64,000 nucleotides of DNA from Chrysomallon squamiferum (GCA_012295275.1 CM022669.1:7006001-7070000), one strand, 5' to 3'. Positions 35,587 to 51,653 are shown, numbered from the stretch's first letter. A program made the numbers and translations. The notes: generated by a model not told the origin, from the sequence alone.

Positions 35587-36275
35587 GGCTCAAAAAACTG
35601 CCTGAAATACCCGAATAGTAAATATATGTGTTACAAAAAGAGCAATGGCAAAGAAAAGAAAGTTGAAAAAAAGTCAAGAAAAATAAACTGAAACAAAAGA
35701 GATTAACAAGTAAAAAGAAAAATTTATTCTGTGAACAGCTCTGAACGAGCAAACATGAAACAGTTTTAAAAGACTTTGAACTGATCATTAATCTCCTGGA
35801 CAATCCTCTTAACAGAACTAAATCTGAAACTGAGATCTCTGTAACAACAGAATAACATCCTCTCAGCCAGTAAATGTTTTTATGTGTCAGTCATTCTGGT
35901 CCTAATCACTTTCTTCAGTTATGTAAGACAATTTTCCTAAGAATATTTTAATACTTGTAACAGCAGATGATGTTATGGTACACAAGACCTACCAACAACT
36001 GAAAAATTTAAGTTAAGATTGTTTTTGCATATCAAAAACAATATATGATTTCTATTTATCATATAACTGTCAGTTATCATGAATTAAACAACTGTGTAAC
36101 AAATAAACAAAAAGCTTTTTATGTATGAATACACATGTACTTATTATTATCTGACAAACCCATGTCATTATTTTTTCAGCATAGCAAAATAAAAATACAT
36201 TTATTTGTATGTTACATACATCTGGAGTGAATGTGCAAATTTATATGTGTGCATATGTGTATGCGTGCAAATCTT

Positions 36276-36311
<36 letters not shown>

Positions 36312-37255
36312 CATGCTTATAAATAATAATTTTTATTAATAATAAATAAATAAATAAATAAATAAATTAATAAATAAATAAAAATAATAATAACAAAAAT
36401 AATAAAATACAAATAAATAAATAAAATCCCCAGTGTTTTTAAGTATTAAAAAATATAATAATAATAAAATAAAATAAAACATGAAATAACATGTTGTAAA
36501 TCTGAGTTCCATCATCATCATAATTAACTATACAAGAAATATATATATTTTTTTTTCTTCTGAATTTGGAAGTAACTGAAAACACTGGAGGAATAAAGGT
36601 TGTTGACAAACAGTATTTACATTTTTTTTTTAAATCATTCTGTTTTTTAGTATGTATTTTTCACAACTAATAACACTACTGTACAAATCTAATGTGAATA
36701 TTACAACTCAGATGAAAAATATCAAATGTTACTAATTTTTGGTTTTTACTTTAATTTTTTTTTTTTTTTAAAGTTAATCCCTCATTTATTCAGTGACTTT
36801 CCACTATTCATGTAACGTAAGTCATAAATTGTGATTTACTAAAAAAACAACTTTTTTTTTTTTTCTTTAGCCAGCACAGCTCTGGCATTTAGGGAATTTG
36901 TTTTTCATTAATTTTTGTTTTTTGTTACCATCAGATACAGCAGAGACTGATTTCATTTCCAAGATCAACAGTGAATCTAGGTAACATTAATTATTGAAAT
37001 AATCATATAGCTTTAAGTTTGCCTGCTATTAAAATTGCAAACTCAAGACTGGAATAAGCAATTTTTACAGGTTTAGGTATTGTCATTCTGGTAACATTTT
37101 CTATCATAGTTATTTTTCTAAATGGTTTTGTTTACTGAAAATGTTTGTTTTTGAATTTTGTAAAATACTTTTCTTTAAACATGTGCTATGGTACATGGAT
37201 ATCAATGTCCTTTAAAACAAAACTGTGCTCACTCAGCCTTCCACTCTCTCTTCCA

Positions 37256-37316
<61 letters not shown>

Positions 37317-38535
37317 TACACACTCACACCTATGTACACATCAGAAAGGCAAATTTCTATCTTAGATGAAAGAGTAAAACTTATTTTGTATACAAATAAG
37401 AACACGCATAAACATTTCTTGTACATTACTAGCATATATGTGTATGTGTGCATATGTGTATTACTTTAATTTATGTGTGCCAACTGAACCCAGTATTCAT
37501 CTTTATAAGAAGGAATTTGTTGATCAAAATTTCCTTTAAATATAGTATATGTTCAAAGTCACAAGCTGGATTAATTAACACTAAAACCATGGTTTAGTTA
37601 TTCCATTTAACACAGTAAAGATTTCTGTCTGCTGTGAGGTTAGCCATCAAAGATCAGTCTCTAAGAAGTGAATACATTGATCTTTATCAGAATTCTGCAG
37701 ATTTTACAAATCTAAAAATAACTTTGTACAAGAGCAGAATGGTTGAATAAAATTTATGGATTTTCTATGAGAAATAGGAATTTTTTTGGTTGTCTCAGTT
37801 ACTGACTATCAAGGATTATTTTTATAACTTTTTTTTTTTTTTTTTTTTTTTTTAGCTATACCAACATTCTCTGCCATAGTTTAGAATTCCACAAAATCAA
37901 TTTTAAAATTCAAAGTTACCATACATCATCAGTAAAAAGGTGAAGAAAAAGTGACAGACTTGGAATCCTCAACCAATTTTCTTTCCTTGGCTTCTGTGGA
38001 GAAGGGGTTGACCTAGTTTTAAAGCACTTAAATACTCTTATGTACCAACATCAGTCATTTTACTGACATTAATTACATATTTAAAACTCTATACAATATA
38101 AAACTGTAATAGGCTGTCATGTAATATTTTATCTATAAATATAAATAAAGCAATGAAAATGTATTTGTCTTATTTTCACTGTAAACTAAAAAAAAAAAAA
38201 AAATATATATGTTTATATACATATATGATAGTTTCTGTATATATAAAATGTCATGGGGTGTTTAACCCATAATTAGCAACATTGTCACATAACCAAATTA
38301 GAACCATGCAATGGGTGCAACACTCTCACTCCATACAGATCTCCCTGTATCAGGTAGATAGCAACCCGAGTTGGCTCATCTCTAAGGATATTCAGGGAAC
38401 AAGGTCATATATTTATTTATATTCAGCCAATGTTAAATCACTAGAAAAACAACAACACAAGTTTACATGTAAAGAATATATGTATTAAATGATCTAATGA
38501 TAGTTATTTACTGAGTAAGCCTAAAATGCTACTTC

Positions 38536-38587
<52 letters not shown>

Positions 38588-39064
38588 GTTAAATAGGAAT
38601 TTATTAGAAAGCCACTTCAAACTACCTTTCAGTTACTTAAACAGAGCTGTAAAAACTTACAGTTACCTAAGTCAGCTGGACCAATATACCTGCCCAGCTG
38701 ACAGTTCCCCTCAGGTCTCCTGTACAGGTGTAAAACTGAACTCTGTCAACCAAAATTCCATCTCTGCTTTTATTGCCTAGGGAAGACCATAGCAGGTCTC
38801 CCAACATTCCTGTCCCAGGAGTGGTGCCAAGACTGTTTGGAACTTTAGTAGACATGCAGGCACCAGTGGGTTCCCCAAAACAACACTTTGCCATAGCTTA
38901 TATAATTTTTAAGGAAATTTAACATCTATTTTGTATTAAATAGGAGACTACTGTCTCCATCACACCTAGCTTATATAATTCTTTGGAGTTACATATTAAA
39001 GATATTAAACAGGAAACTTCTGTCTCTGTCATATATATATATATATATATATATATATCAAAAT

Positions 39065-39100
<36 letters not shown>

Positions 39101-40617
39101 CAGATAGATACAGAGATACTTATTTATTTACACAAAAGATATTATCATGGTAAAGTTGAAAAACAACAAAAATTTTGATTCATAATAAATCAATGAAGTC
39201 TTTCTGTTTTTCTTTTATAAAATTTGAATGACCATATTAAATAATACTTAACATCCAGTAAGTGATGACAGAAAATGAATCAGTGTGATTGAATGTTATC
39301 ATTAATCAAAATTTTGGAATCAAACAGCAGATAATAGAAAAATAATGTCTTTTACTGGTTTCAGTAAACTAATGTTTGACATCCAATAACTGACAGAAGA
39401 TTAATTAATGTGTTCTATGATGTCAATAACCAATGTGATTTAGTGGTGCCAGTAAAAAAGATGCTGAACAACCCATGTCTCATGAGTTCCTATTTGGGTA
39501 CAGTGTGTCCATCTATAATGGCCTCTGTGGTTTAATTTGCATGATTCTTAAACATAACATCAAGATAAATAAATTTAAAATGAATTAAAAAAAAAAAAAT
39601 GTAATTTATAAGTAAGTTAATTTTAAAAGAATCTTTACTTCTATTCTGCTTTTATATTGTTTTGATGGGGGAAATTGTTGTTGCTTTTTTGTTTGGAAAA
39701 AAAAAAAAAAAAAAAACAAAAGAAAAGAGAAAGAAATCAGTAAATAAAAAATAATAATAAATAATAACAATAATAATAATTAATCATTATTTTCTGCCTT
39801 CACCTACTTGTTAACTCTTGCATAAAGTCTCCTCAACCAAGCAGCTGCAATACCCTATAATCTTGTGAAGTACATTAAACCCAAGTAAACAGCATTCTGT
39901 AAAAGTTGTTGAATAGGAATTCTAGAACAGACTATAACACAGTTCAGTCTAAAGACTGTTTCACAAAATCAGTAATGTTTCCTAGAAATGAACGTGTTGT
40001 TTTAGAGATGAAACTCTATACAGCACATTTTGAAACAGAAAAAAAATTGTTTTGGAAGAAAAACACTTGTCTGCTGCCAATGACACACAAATTAAAGGCT
40101 CTTCCTAAAACAAGGCAAAGCTTTTTTCTTAAACTGTGATAATAATCTAACTATATATTTAAGGGAAGCCAATAATAATAATAAAAACAATAATAATAAT
40201 AATAATAATAATAACAATGATGTTGTTGATGATGATGATGGTAACAACAACAACAATAATGATATTCTCTTGCATTAAAACTGAGGTAGGATATAATAAT
40301 ATGAGATTTCTCACCTCTGAACTGACCAGTTAGCCAATCAGATTGAAGTACTTTCCCCAAATCATAATCGAATCTAAAATAATCTTTAGAGTTTTAGTTA
40401 CTGACCCTCCTGTATAAAACAGCCAACTGATTATTGCTTCAGAGAATGAAATCCAAGGCCTTCCATTGAGATAAAGCTGAAAAGGTCATCAGTAAGTTCA
40501 ATCCAGTGTTATGCACCAAATATTGTTTATAAATGTTAATCAGTGATATGAAATATAAATACCCCTGATAACATTACAAACTGAAGGACATTATGACAGC
40601 AATTAGAATTGGTGTTT

Positions 40618-40860
40618 TTGAAAAGCTTGAATCTGTAGAAAATCCAAAAATCAGTGAAAAACTTGAATCTATAGAAAAATCTGTTGAATCAATGAAAAAT
40701 TTAAATCTGTAGAAAATCCATAAAACAGTGAAAAACTTGAATACGTCGAAAAACTGAAAATAGTGAAACTTTCAAACTGCAGAAAATCAGTGAAACCGAA
40801 AAACTTTAATATGTAGAAGATCTGTGAAAACAGTGAAAAACTTGAATCTGTAGAAAAATG
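40618..40860. repeat. ~30-35-bp degenerate minisatellite (cagtgaaaaacttgaatctgtagaaaat)
   Basis: About 7 diverged copies are visible. Confidence 0.8.
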
Positions 40861-43800
40861 TGTGAATACACTATACAGCAGTAACATAAGTGATAATGAT
40901 AACCGTGTGTAAGAAAATCAAATATTAACAATGCGCAACAGAATAATATTACTTTTATTCAGTCTCACAATATCTTTACATAATATACCTGAATTATTCA
41001 TCTATAAAGTTTACACAATGACAATAAGCTTCTTTGTCTGAATGCCTCTACATGAGAAAAATATACCAAAACTATAGTGATGAAGGGTTTCTAAAGTTAT
41101 TTTTCATGCATACATGCACAATTTTTTTTCATTCAACATGAACAAGTGAAATAATCAACATAATCACTGAAAGTCAGCAACTGGAGGTCTAAATAAAATG
41201 TGACTATACAAAATGAGAACAGTATTTTAACAAAAAGCTTCATGTAAAATAGCAGAACAAAGAAAGGAAAATAAAGGATCATATACAATCACATTTATCT
41301 AAAACTGAATTAATCTCGGGCCATTCTGACATGTTTGTTCATGTGTGTCTGCATGCATGTAGGTGTCATTTATGTTTGCTTTTATTTCTACTAATTTTTT
41401 TTGTTATCCTACTTTCACTTTCAGTTTTAAAAAGACTGAAGTACCATTTTCAAAACAAATAAATAAATTAAATTCAAAAAAAAAAAAAAAGATTAAAAGA
41501 AGACGAAAGAAAAAGGTCTTTACTTTAGTGTTATTAAAATAAGACAGTAGTATTACAATATTTTAACAAAATGATATCTGATTTGCAGAATTTCATCTGA
41601 TTCTCTGCTGTAACATAATCGATAACACCCATAGCTTGAGCATACTTGTCATCCCTTAATCTGAATTCAAGTGGTGTGAATAACAAGTGTCACAACATGA
41701 CACAACACATACACTTTCTGATAAATAAATGAAAAATTAGACATTTTATATCTAAAAAAAAAAAAGAAAAGAAATATATTTGAAAGCAAATATTACATAG
41801 CTTGTGCAGAAAATTAATCTGTTACACTGTGATGTTTAATAGATACTGTTTTATCCTCTTGCTGAATGAAACATCTCTCTTGTTTAAGACAAAAAAAAAT
41901 CAACATTTGATTTAAAGTCACTAGCTGATATCAATGCAAGATAACCTGTGATACTAATAGTTACACCAGACCATGTATGGGCAAAGTGATCAATAGTGAC
42001 CCCTTGGGATGAGCTGGGCTGTCCTAGGGTATTGATATATTGATTACTGGTAATAATTATTTATTGATTGATTTTAGAGGCAAGGTTGATGAGAGATTAA
42101 GGATTCTATGAAGAGGTCTATGCTCTAAAATGTTAGCACAAGACAGATGTCTGAGAAGATAAAATGGCCATATTAGAAAGAATAATATTTTATGAGATGA
42201 CCAAGAGAAAACACAAAAACAGAAACAAAAACAAAAAAACTGACTTTAGAAACCGTGGAAGACAGGTGATTACTATTCTCGATTAACCTGTAAGAAGAAC
42301 CACTGCTAAACCTGGTCTTACTTTATCCAGAAACATTATCAAAATAAAAAGGATAGATGGTGCTTAAGTCCGATATTCTTCAAATGGTATCTGTAGTAAC
42401 ATTGTTTATGACATTAAATTCAGAATTTGTCTGAATTTTCCTAATGTGATTTTGCAGGACAAAAGCAAGAAATTGGCAACTAATTAGTTCTTTGAAAGAA
42501 TGAAACAAGCTGTCAAGTAAACTATAGACATTACAGCAGCTGAACTGAGAAGAAAAAAACACCTCATCTAATTTCCTAGAGAGTTTAAACAAATTGAAAA
42601 TAAAATAAAATTTATGAAATAATATCAAATGAATCTTTAGTCACAATATCAAATGAACACTATTAGTGTAGGTTAAATGTATAATACTATTCATCATCAT
42701 CATAAAAATATATTCTGTTATATTGAATTAGGACAAAATTTAAATGCCATTCCATCTACAGTTAAATTTTTAAAGTAGATTAAATTTAATACCTCCATCA
42801 TCTGAAAATCCACTAAAAACCATAACTCTAGATAGAAAATAATTACTGCCAGCTAAACCAACCAGTCCAAAAGCTTACACTTATACTGCATGAATACAGA
42901 ATATTTAAATTTTTCTGTACAACCATTCTTATTTTAACATTTATTAAAATTGGTATTGTTTAAAATTAATATATAAATTGTCTTTTTGCAACACAGTTTA
43001 TTAACGAAACCCAGCAAAAATCATTTTAGCAGGAAATATGGCCATTGACTACATATTTAAATAAGTATACAATTATACAGACAGGTCTGATTGGATGTTG
43101 ACAGAGATAAAAGAACTTAAGTTAATAGCAATATCAGTGATACCACTTGAAAACCCTTAGTATGACTGATGACTACTTGTATGTGAAGTAGCTATTCCAA
43201 CCGGAACACTTTCCCAATCGTCTGTGCAAAGAATGATGATAAACACATTATAAACCACAAGATATTTAAAATAATATTTTTTATTATTATTATTTGTTGC
43301 AATTACCAGATTTAAAAATTATATTTATTTGTGTGACAAACCCCAAGATCAAAAAATATATATATTTGTATACAGGAACCCCAAAATCAGTCAGAATAAT
43401 TAAGAAAAAGCCAAGAAGTTCAGATGAAAAAAAATGACAGAGAAAGAAACAAACAGAAAGTCAGCAGGAAAGAAAGACTCAAAGAGGCATTAAGAAAAAT
43501 ACAAGAAAGGACAGATTTTAATTCAAATGAAATACCCCATTTTTTTCCCCTTTTAAAAATTATATCATGTCTGCAAATGAAAGTAATGATGGTAAATTAA
43601 GATTGAAAAACACTGCACATGGTATTTAAAAAAAAAAAAAATTATAAATTCTGTTACATCAAAGAAAAGTTTAAGTATAACTGCTTTAGAAGATCAAAGA
43701 AAAAGCAGTGCAAAGATCAAAGAAAAGAGACACATTTGTATGAATAGATGAAATAAAGTGATAAATATCTGAAAAGTCAGGTGCATTTAAAACATCATTT

Positions 43801-45236
43801 TGTCAAAATGAAACATTGATGGGAAAGTAATTTTCAAAATGTCACTAACATCTTGAATGTTTTCTCATCAGTGTTTAGCATGTTAGATGAATACTCAAGC
43901 CAAAGATCTTAGAGGAAAGATGTAGTCTACATATGTCAAAATTAATTAAACTATACTCTATGATAAAACTTGATTACAGATTTGATCCTGAAACCTCTCA
44001 GTCTTGAATTTGTTAACATTAACCAACTGATGACAACATCTTTTACAGAAATTACATAATAACTAAACCTTGTTAAAATCATTCATTGTAAAATAAAAAG
44101 TTAGGTAACAATCTCCCAGCCTGGTAATTTTGAGCTGGTTAACATTATACAACTGACATAGCTACAGATACAAGACATGGGATTTTGCCAAAAAGCAAAT
44201 AAATCTTGAAATACTTAATTAATCACTGTAAAATAATCTAGATAACAGAAGACTTTTAACTGTAAATTCAGTAACATCACACTACTGATGTACAATAGCT
44301 TTTACTAAAATAATTCATCAAATCATAAAAAATGTACAGAAGCAGTACACACTTTTTAATTCCCCCAATCTTTTTAGTCCCAAGCTTGGTAACATTATAC
44401 AACTGACGTAGCTACAGTTTGAAGACAACAGGTTCTGGTGAAGTAACACAGCAAGTAAATCTTGACAGAATATATCAATTACTAAAATCTCATGTATCTC
44501 TTAACTATTACACATCACAGATGATGAAAGCCAAGTTAAACAGAATTAATCAATGTAAAATAAAAAGTAAATAATAATATTTGATCTCAAAACAACTAAG
44601 TTCTCTAACTTCTCTCTACTTACTCAGCAACAGAAGCATGACTGGCTTTTGTTAAAAGCTAATGCCTACAATACTGTTTGAGTGAATTAATCAACAGACT
44701 AACAAAAGTTAACAAAGTTTGATCTTAAAACGTTTACAAAGTTCAGTGACATCTCTCTACTCACTCAGTAACTGAAACAAATCTAGGTTTTGTGGAATGC
44801 TAATGCCCTTAATATTGTTTGAATAAATTTATCTGCAAAATTCCATGAGCAAATAACAAGATTTGATCTCCCAGACCTCAGATTTGTAACATTAGACAAG
44901 AGATGTAACTGAAGTGTCAAGACTTGGGTTTTGCTCAAAGTTGTAGCTAATAAATCTTGTCAGAATTAATTAATTTAGTGTGTGCGTGATAACAGCTGTA
45001 TATCAGATTACAGATATCTCTTACAATGTGGGATTGCAGAAAAACAAAACATTCAGAACATGGGTCAGCCAAAACTAGAAATGAATGAGCAATAATAAAA
45101 CTTTATATCACAGAAGAAAAATAACATAATAAGAATATTTAAGTTTTAACATCTTAGTACAAATGTGGAAAAAAAAAAAAAATAATAACAATAATAATAA
45201 TAATAATGATAAAATAAAATAGAATAAAAACAAAAA

Positions 45237-45271
<35 letters not shown>

Positions 45272-45916
45272 AATAAAATAAATCAGCAGGGATAAAAACT
45301 ATTTACCAACGAGCCAAAATAAAATAAAATTAAGTGTTCACACAAAAAAAAAAAAAAAAAAAAAATTAGGTTTTGACAAAATAAAAAATGGTGATTATAC
45401 ATTTAACAAATACACAAGTGCAATGAAACAAAAGAAAAAAATAAACATCATCAGAACAAAAACACTGATTACAAATGCTTTTGAAAACAGTCTCTTATTA
45501 AAAATAAATAAAAATGTAGGCAGTATCTTGATCAATTAAAAAACCCAGTGATAAATAACCATTAGAAGTATGGTTCCTGTAATTAAACTGGAATTCTTAG
45601 GCCAGCTGTCTGATAAAACAATCTATACCATCAGTCATTTTTATGTGGGTCACTAGACATTTTGAGAATCATGAACAAAATAAACCAAGTTATATTTTCA
45701 AACACATTTAAAGAAACACAAATTATTTAATTTATATATTTTATTAACATTTTTTTTTAAAGCTATAATATTATCTAGCTTCTGAAGAAAAGAAAAAGAA
45801 AAAAAAGAAATTATATAAAACAAAAAATGGCAGCAGCAAAATAATCTAATTTTAATCTAAGTTTGAAAACAAATAAAGGAAATCTGATATCTGACAAAAA
45901 TATACCTTAAAAGGCA

Positions 45917-45955
<39 letters not shown>

Positions 45956-46342
45956 GTATTGAAAAACCAGAAAGAAAACAAATGATAGATAAGAAAATAT
46001 CAGATTCCAAATAATATAAATCTGTTCTCAGCAAACACGCCTATTAATGATTCCATATGATCATGATTGTAAATGTATAAATTAACAGCACTTATAAACC
46101 CTACGAAGAAACATTTCCTTTGATTTACTTTATAATTTGTAATGTCTACTTGCCTTTATAAACTGATGTGGTGATTCTTTTTTATTGTTGTAAGAAAGAC
46201 GAAAGAATGTTATAAATGTATGTAAGATAATGTATTTATCATAATAAAACAAAAAATACAACTTTAACACTTAAAACAAAATTGTAACTTTTTAAGGAAA
46301 ACATTTTTTCAGAATCATTAATAAATAAATATTGTGAAAATA

Positions 46343-46381
<39 letters not shown>

Positions 46382-48842
46382 TAAATAAGGGAATATAAAC
46401 AAATACATATTGTTTCATAATTAAAAAAAAAAAAAATACAGTAAATAAAGTATCTATTATCAGTATAACATACAAGGCAATATTTAAAATAAAAAAAGTT
46501 TTAAAAATGTAAATACAAATTACAAAAAAGCCAACAAAACGTATCTTTAATCATTTTCTGATAACATTTAATTCAGTTCATTATTTTCAATAAATAATCA
46601 AAAACTATCACACTCTCTGAATGATAAATATCTTCACAACACTGTTCTGTCTTGAAATATTTATTTTTATTTTTATTTTTTTTATCTGATGCTTCCTGCA
46701 GCCATGTTGCTTATTTATTCTTCATGGCAACAGGTCAGGATTCTACTGATGGTATCAGAACAATTCCTGCAATTACAATGAGGGATGGAACTCCACAAGA
46801 GATTTCACAGAACTTCTAACTGTCTGAAGAATCTCAACTACATTTTGAAGTGGCAAGACTTTTAATTGTAAGGATGGCAGTTTGGTAAGGTTTCAAAAAG
46901 CATGAAGAGAAAAGAATTAAGATCTGGCATCAACATTTTTGGTGAAAGGACATACAGCAGATAAAATAGCTAGTGTTTAATCTGAATACAGAAAATTTTG
47001 TTAAAAAATAAACATATTTTCTAAAAAAATACAAGCATATATGATTCTTGAAGTGGTATTATTTAAAAGCATGTGTAAAACTGATAAACCCAGCACATAT
47101 ATATTTTTTTTTAATTACAAAAGAAAGAAGCACTATGTACTTTCTGACATAGCAGATATAAATGAAACAGTAACTATCTGTATTTGTTTAAAAAGAAAAC
47201 AACATATACAAAAATCAACCATCTCACAAATGATAAAACATTTCACTTGTTTCTGATGGGCAAGTGACCATCAATTTGTTCTAAGAGGGGAGACCTTGAA
47301 GCCAGGATATAAATGAATAATCCAGTAGTCATTATTATTCAAAAATAAAAAATAAAAGCTAAAATCTCCTGATGTGTGATGATTCATTCACAAGAATACA
47401 ATTTTACTTCTTATTTACGTCAGATAAGAATCATTTTATAATTTCTTCCGCTATATTCTGTGAAGAGACAAAAACCTGTATTAGGATAAATTTAGAATCA
47501 AAACCTAAATATTTTTGTTTCATAGAAAAATAATAAACCATTTCAAATAAACAAAAAACACACAAACACACACACACAAACTTAAAAATTTAATTTTTAT
47601 AAAAATCTGTACATGAAATTCAGTTAAAGTTATAACAATAATTTCATGGACAAGTCATTTCAGTGTTAAAAACATTCAAATTTTCAAATAAAACTATTCT
47701 TTTTTTTTTTTTTTTTCTTTTTTTCCTGAGTTTTATCTAAGACAGAAAACAATAACAGCCAAGTTTGCTTTGTTCAAGGTTGTTGGACATTCTCCAACAA
47801 GTAAAGCCAAGGTACAAATATTTGTTTTGTTGAGATAATCAAAACAAACTCTAGAAAGCCAACAAAAAACTGAAATACCAAAGCAACTATATAATGGGGC
47901 AAAAATAGCAATAATAAAAGGGAATTAATATATATAAGGATGGTTTGTTTCACACACACAATAACATATTGAGAGTATGAAGAGATATGGAGGCACCAAT
48001 TTGATGATAATTTTTTTCCAACATTACTTAACAGTTTGAAATTTAAACAAAAGCTTTAAAAGGTAAGTTATTTATTTACTGGTGATAAAAAAACAACAGA
48101 TAATAAATAAATAAATAATGAGGTTAATAATTTCAAAGATATGCAGTAATCTTTCCTTTTTTAATTCCAACAAATCAACTGGCTAAAAAAGCTGAATTAC
48201 TTACTTCATTTTTTGCAGCAAGACTATATTGCCCATGCCAGCCATTTTAGGAGCATTTTATGAAGTCTTTAAAGTTATTATTCTATGACAAAGGTTTTAA
48301 GGATATAAAGGATTAAAATAAAGACAATAACCCCAAAAAACACAATAATTTTCAATGCAGAATTTAGTACATCTACAATTATGATTCAAAACAGAACCAA
48401 TCATTTGTAAATAAAATAAGCTGCACACATATGTATATTTGTACATAAATCTAACACACCATGCCTCATTAATACAAATTTTAGTCATTATTAATTATTT
48501 TAAAACAATAATTTTAGTGCTGATTCCTCATTACATTTGACTTCTGATTTTATTCTGTAAATTTAATAGGTCTTTTTAGGCATATCTGACTATTATTTAT
48601 GGAAACTGAACTATATAAATTATTACTGTTATTATTAATTGATACTGGTCAAATGTAGGCTAATGGATAATAATGAAATAGAAGTTAATCAAATAATGTT
48701 TATTAAACAAAGAGATGATAGCCCACATTAATTAACAAAGAATCAATATTAGTCCTTTAACTATTGTAATATCTCTTCAAAATCATCAGGTACAATGAAT
48801 ACAAATCTCAGAGATGAACTAAAAATAATGGAGAAGTGAATA

Positions 48843-49046
48843 AATATTGGTTTATCAGAGAATAATACTTAAATTCCTACTAGAGAAAAGAAAACACCTA
48901 ATAATTTCATTTCATAGGTAACTTTCAGCATGTAACAATTTTTGAATATTGGTTTAACAGAGAATAATACTTGAATTCCTACTAGAGAAAAGAAAACACC
49001 TAATAATTTAATTTCATAGGTAACTTTCAGCATTTAACAATTTTTA
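48843..49046. repeat. ~102-bp near-perfect tandem duplication
   Basis: Two copies of aatattggttt..agagaataatactt..ttcctactagagaaaagaaaacacct...ggtaactttcagcat. Confidence 0.92.
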
Positions 49047-49061
49047 AATCTATTACTTTAC

Positions 49062-49179
49062 CCTTTGCTAAGATGGCCAACGAGCAATTATCGAAACAGG
49101 GAAACAGTTCAATGCACACTCTAAAAATGACTGATCTTGTATTGCAGCACTTCTTCGATAATGAAGATGTTCTCATTGA
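49062..49179 (-). other. Candidate 5'UTR exon (118 nt) of the minus-strand gene, containing a uORF start
   Basis: Long polypyrimidine tract+ttctcag acceptor and AGG|GTAAAG donor; CpG-containing island within CpG-poor intron. Confidence 0.55.
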
Positions 49180-50059
49180 CTGAGAACCAAGAAAAAAGAA
49201 AAAAAAAAAAAAGATGATGATGAAGAATTTAATGTGAAATTTTTATATTCATGTTAAATCATGCATTACCATTTTTAATGTAAATAAAAATCACAGTCAA
49301 TTATTTCCTGATAACTCAAGCATAACTAGGTTCTTAAAATACATTGCTTTTCAAAAAGCAATGAAACTACTGTTCTCCCATAGCAAAGAAAGCATGTCAA
49401 AAGACTTGAGATAAGATTTTGTACAGAAGTAAAAAAAAATTCCTCAGTAATAAAAAAATAAAAACCTGACTATTATTTAAAAATTCAAAAAGGCCTCAAC
49501 TAATGGTAAAAACATTACTACTCTCAGTGAAAAATCCACAAATAATGAGAAAGGTTTACAATTAATTTTGTTGAATCATCTTGATATTATTTACTCCTGT
49601 TTGATATTTGATTCATATTTCATAACTACCTATGGGAAATAAGCCACTGGTGAAGCAAGGTATTCTACAATAAAACATTAAACAACTTCTAGCCAAATTA
49701 AATATAGATTTAGACAAGAAACATAATAAAATAAGTGCAGATACACATGTACAAATACAAATGATCATCTTTAAGTTTCTAAACATGCAATTCAAACATT
49801 TGCTGAACCAGAGGATGCATGATGAACTAGTGAAGGATGAGAAATTGCTTTGTAACATCTAAAAATACATTAAAAGGAAATTACCCAAAAATAGTGTAGT
49901 AGAGATGTCCAGGTTAATCGGAAGACTAGATGTGAATGCAAACCATGATGAAGACTCTACATGCAATTTCAAAGAGAGCTAATTAGAAAGTTGTCTTCTA
50001 TTCAGAGATTTCAGGCTTTCATTCCTGCTAAATTGACCTATCACAATTCATCTGAAAAT

Positions 50060-50095
<36 letters not shown>

Positions 50096-51653
50096 CAGTC
50101 ATAACACACCAGCAGGAATTAATCTGTGTCTTTCTTGGTCTATTTTGGGAAAACACACTGATTTAAATAACCCTTAAATTATTCTGTAGTTTATAATTAA
50201 AACTGATTGAAAATTTGCAGATTTTTATTTCTATTCCATACTTCAATTTCTCTGAAAACAGAAAAAAAAAACGTATTAAGGAGGATAAAACTAAATAAGA
50301 TGAGAAATGAAATGACAGACTTCATTAACATGCAGCACCTGAAGATTTTTCATTAGCTGTTCAATCAGTGAATGTCACATCTCAAGCTTTTAATAATAAC
50401 TCTTAATAAATTTTAAAGATTTCCTTCCATTCAGCAAACTGTTGCTAACATTAACTAATTTTCATTAAGTACTAAACCATCAGATTCCTTTTACAAACCC
50501 ATCAAACACTGGTTTCTTGACATTAGGTTTTTATTATACAACATTATCAAAGGCGCTACCTGGATTTTGTTTTTCTTTTTGGGGTTTTTTTGGGGGGGTT
50601 AAAAAGAAAAAAAGAAATTCTTAATGAAAACGGTTACAGTTATTGTACTTACCTACATACCCTCTTGACATTTAAATATAATTCTCTTTTCCAATTACTA
50701 CTGTTTTTATGGTGGTGGTATCTTTTGTTGTTAGTTTTCACAAATTAATCTGTCATTGTAATGGAAAACCTAGTAACACAAATTCTGTAACTTCAGGGAA
50801 AACTAAGGAAACTGGTAACAAATTATTATTTAAAACATGGTTCATGTAAATGATTCAAGGCTAAAATTTATTTTTATTTTATTTATTTGTTAATCTTTTT
50901 TTTATATTTTTATTCTTATTCTTATTATTATTATTGTTCTTTTATTATTATTATTATTATTATTATTTTTTTTTTTTTTTCTGTTCCAGTACATTTAGGT
51001 AGCAAAATGACTTAGCAGGACAATTTTATTATTATTATTATTATTATTGAAAATGTGTTTATCACTTGCAGCAGATTTTCAAATGAAAAACAGCACAAAC
51101 AAAATCCTATTTAATCTAAGATTACTGTGTCAAAACTTTGCAACTCTGAAAATGTTCCCATCTGTTTTCACAAAAAGTACTAAATTTTTGCAGTACACTT
51201 TAATAATGTTTAAAATCTCGAACCATGGACATTACAGTTTGGTTGAATTACCTTTGTAGTCTGTGAATATCATCTCTCATGAAATGTAAAGGACAAACTG
51301 CTTTTGTCTTTAATCACATCATCTGTCCAAAAAATGTTTCTTTTCCAGAATCACAAAAGCAATTAGGCCAAAAGGAATAAAAATCTGAGGTAGTCTCTGC
51401 ACTTAAGAAAATGGGAGATGAGACAAGAAGAGAAAAATCTATTTTTGCTGAGATAAAGAGTCAATTTTCCAGTTTGCTGAAGATGACTGTTTTGAATGGA
51501 ATAAAAAGAAAGAATTACATTGTGAAATGGTCAGACATGCTATTTCTTTTTTTCCCCCTCCTTCAATCATACTTTTTGTCAGATTGTTGCCTGGTCTGAA
51601 ATAATAGACACATAAGAAATTTCTAAATACTTTCTTTATAAATGTGGTTATTT

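Noticed and set aside
33174-35691. Short ORFs overlapping or antisense to the large exon
   Set aside because: Shadow ORFs with no recognisable motifs.
38661-38894. GC-richer segment with a GTAAGT donor at 38660 and a 75-aa minus-strand ORF
   Set aside because: No clear acceptor and no recognisable protein. It could be an alternative 5'UTR exon but is not supportable from sequence alone.
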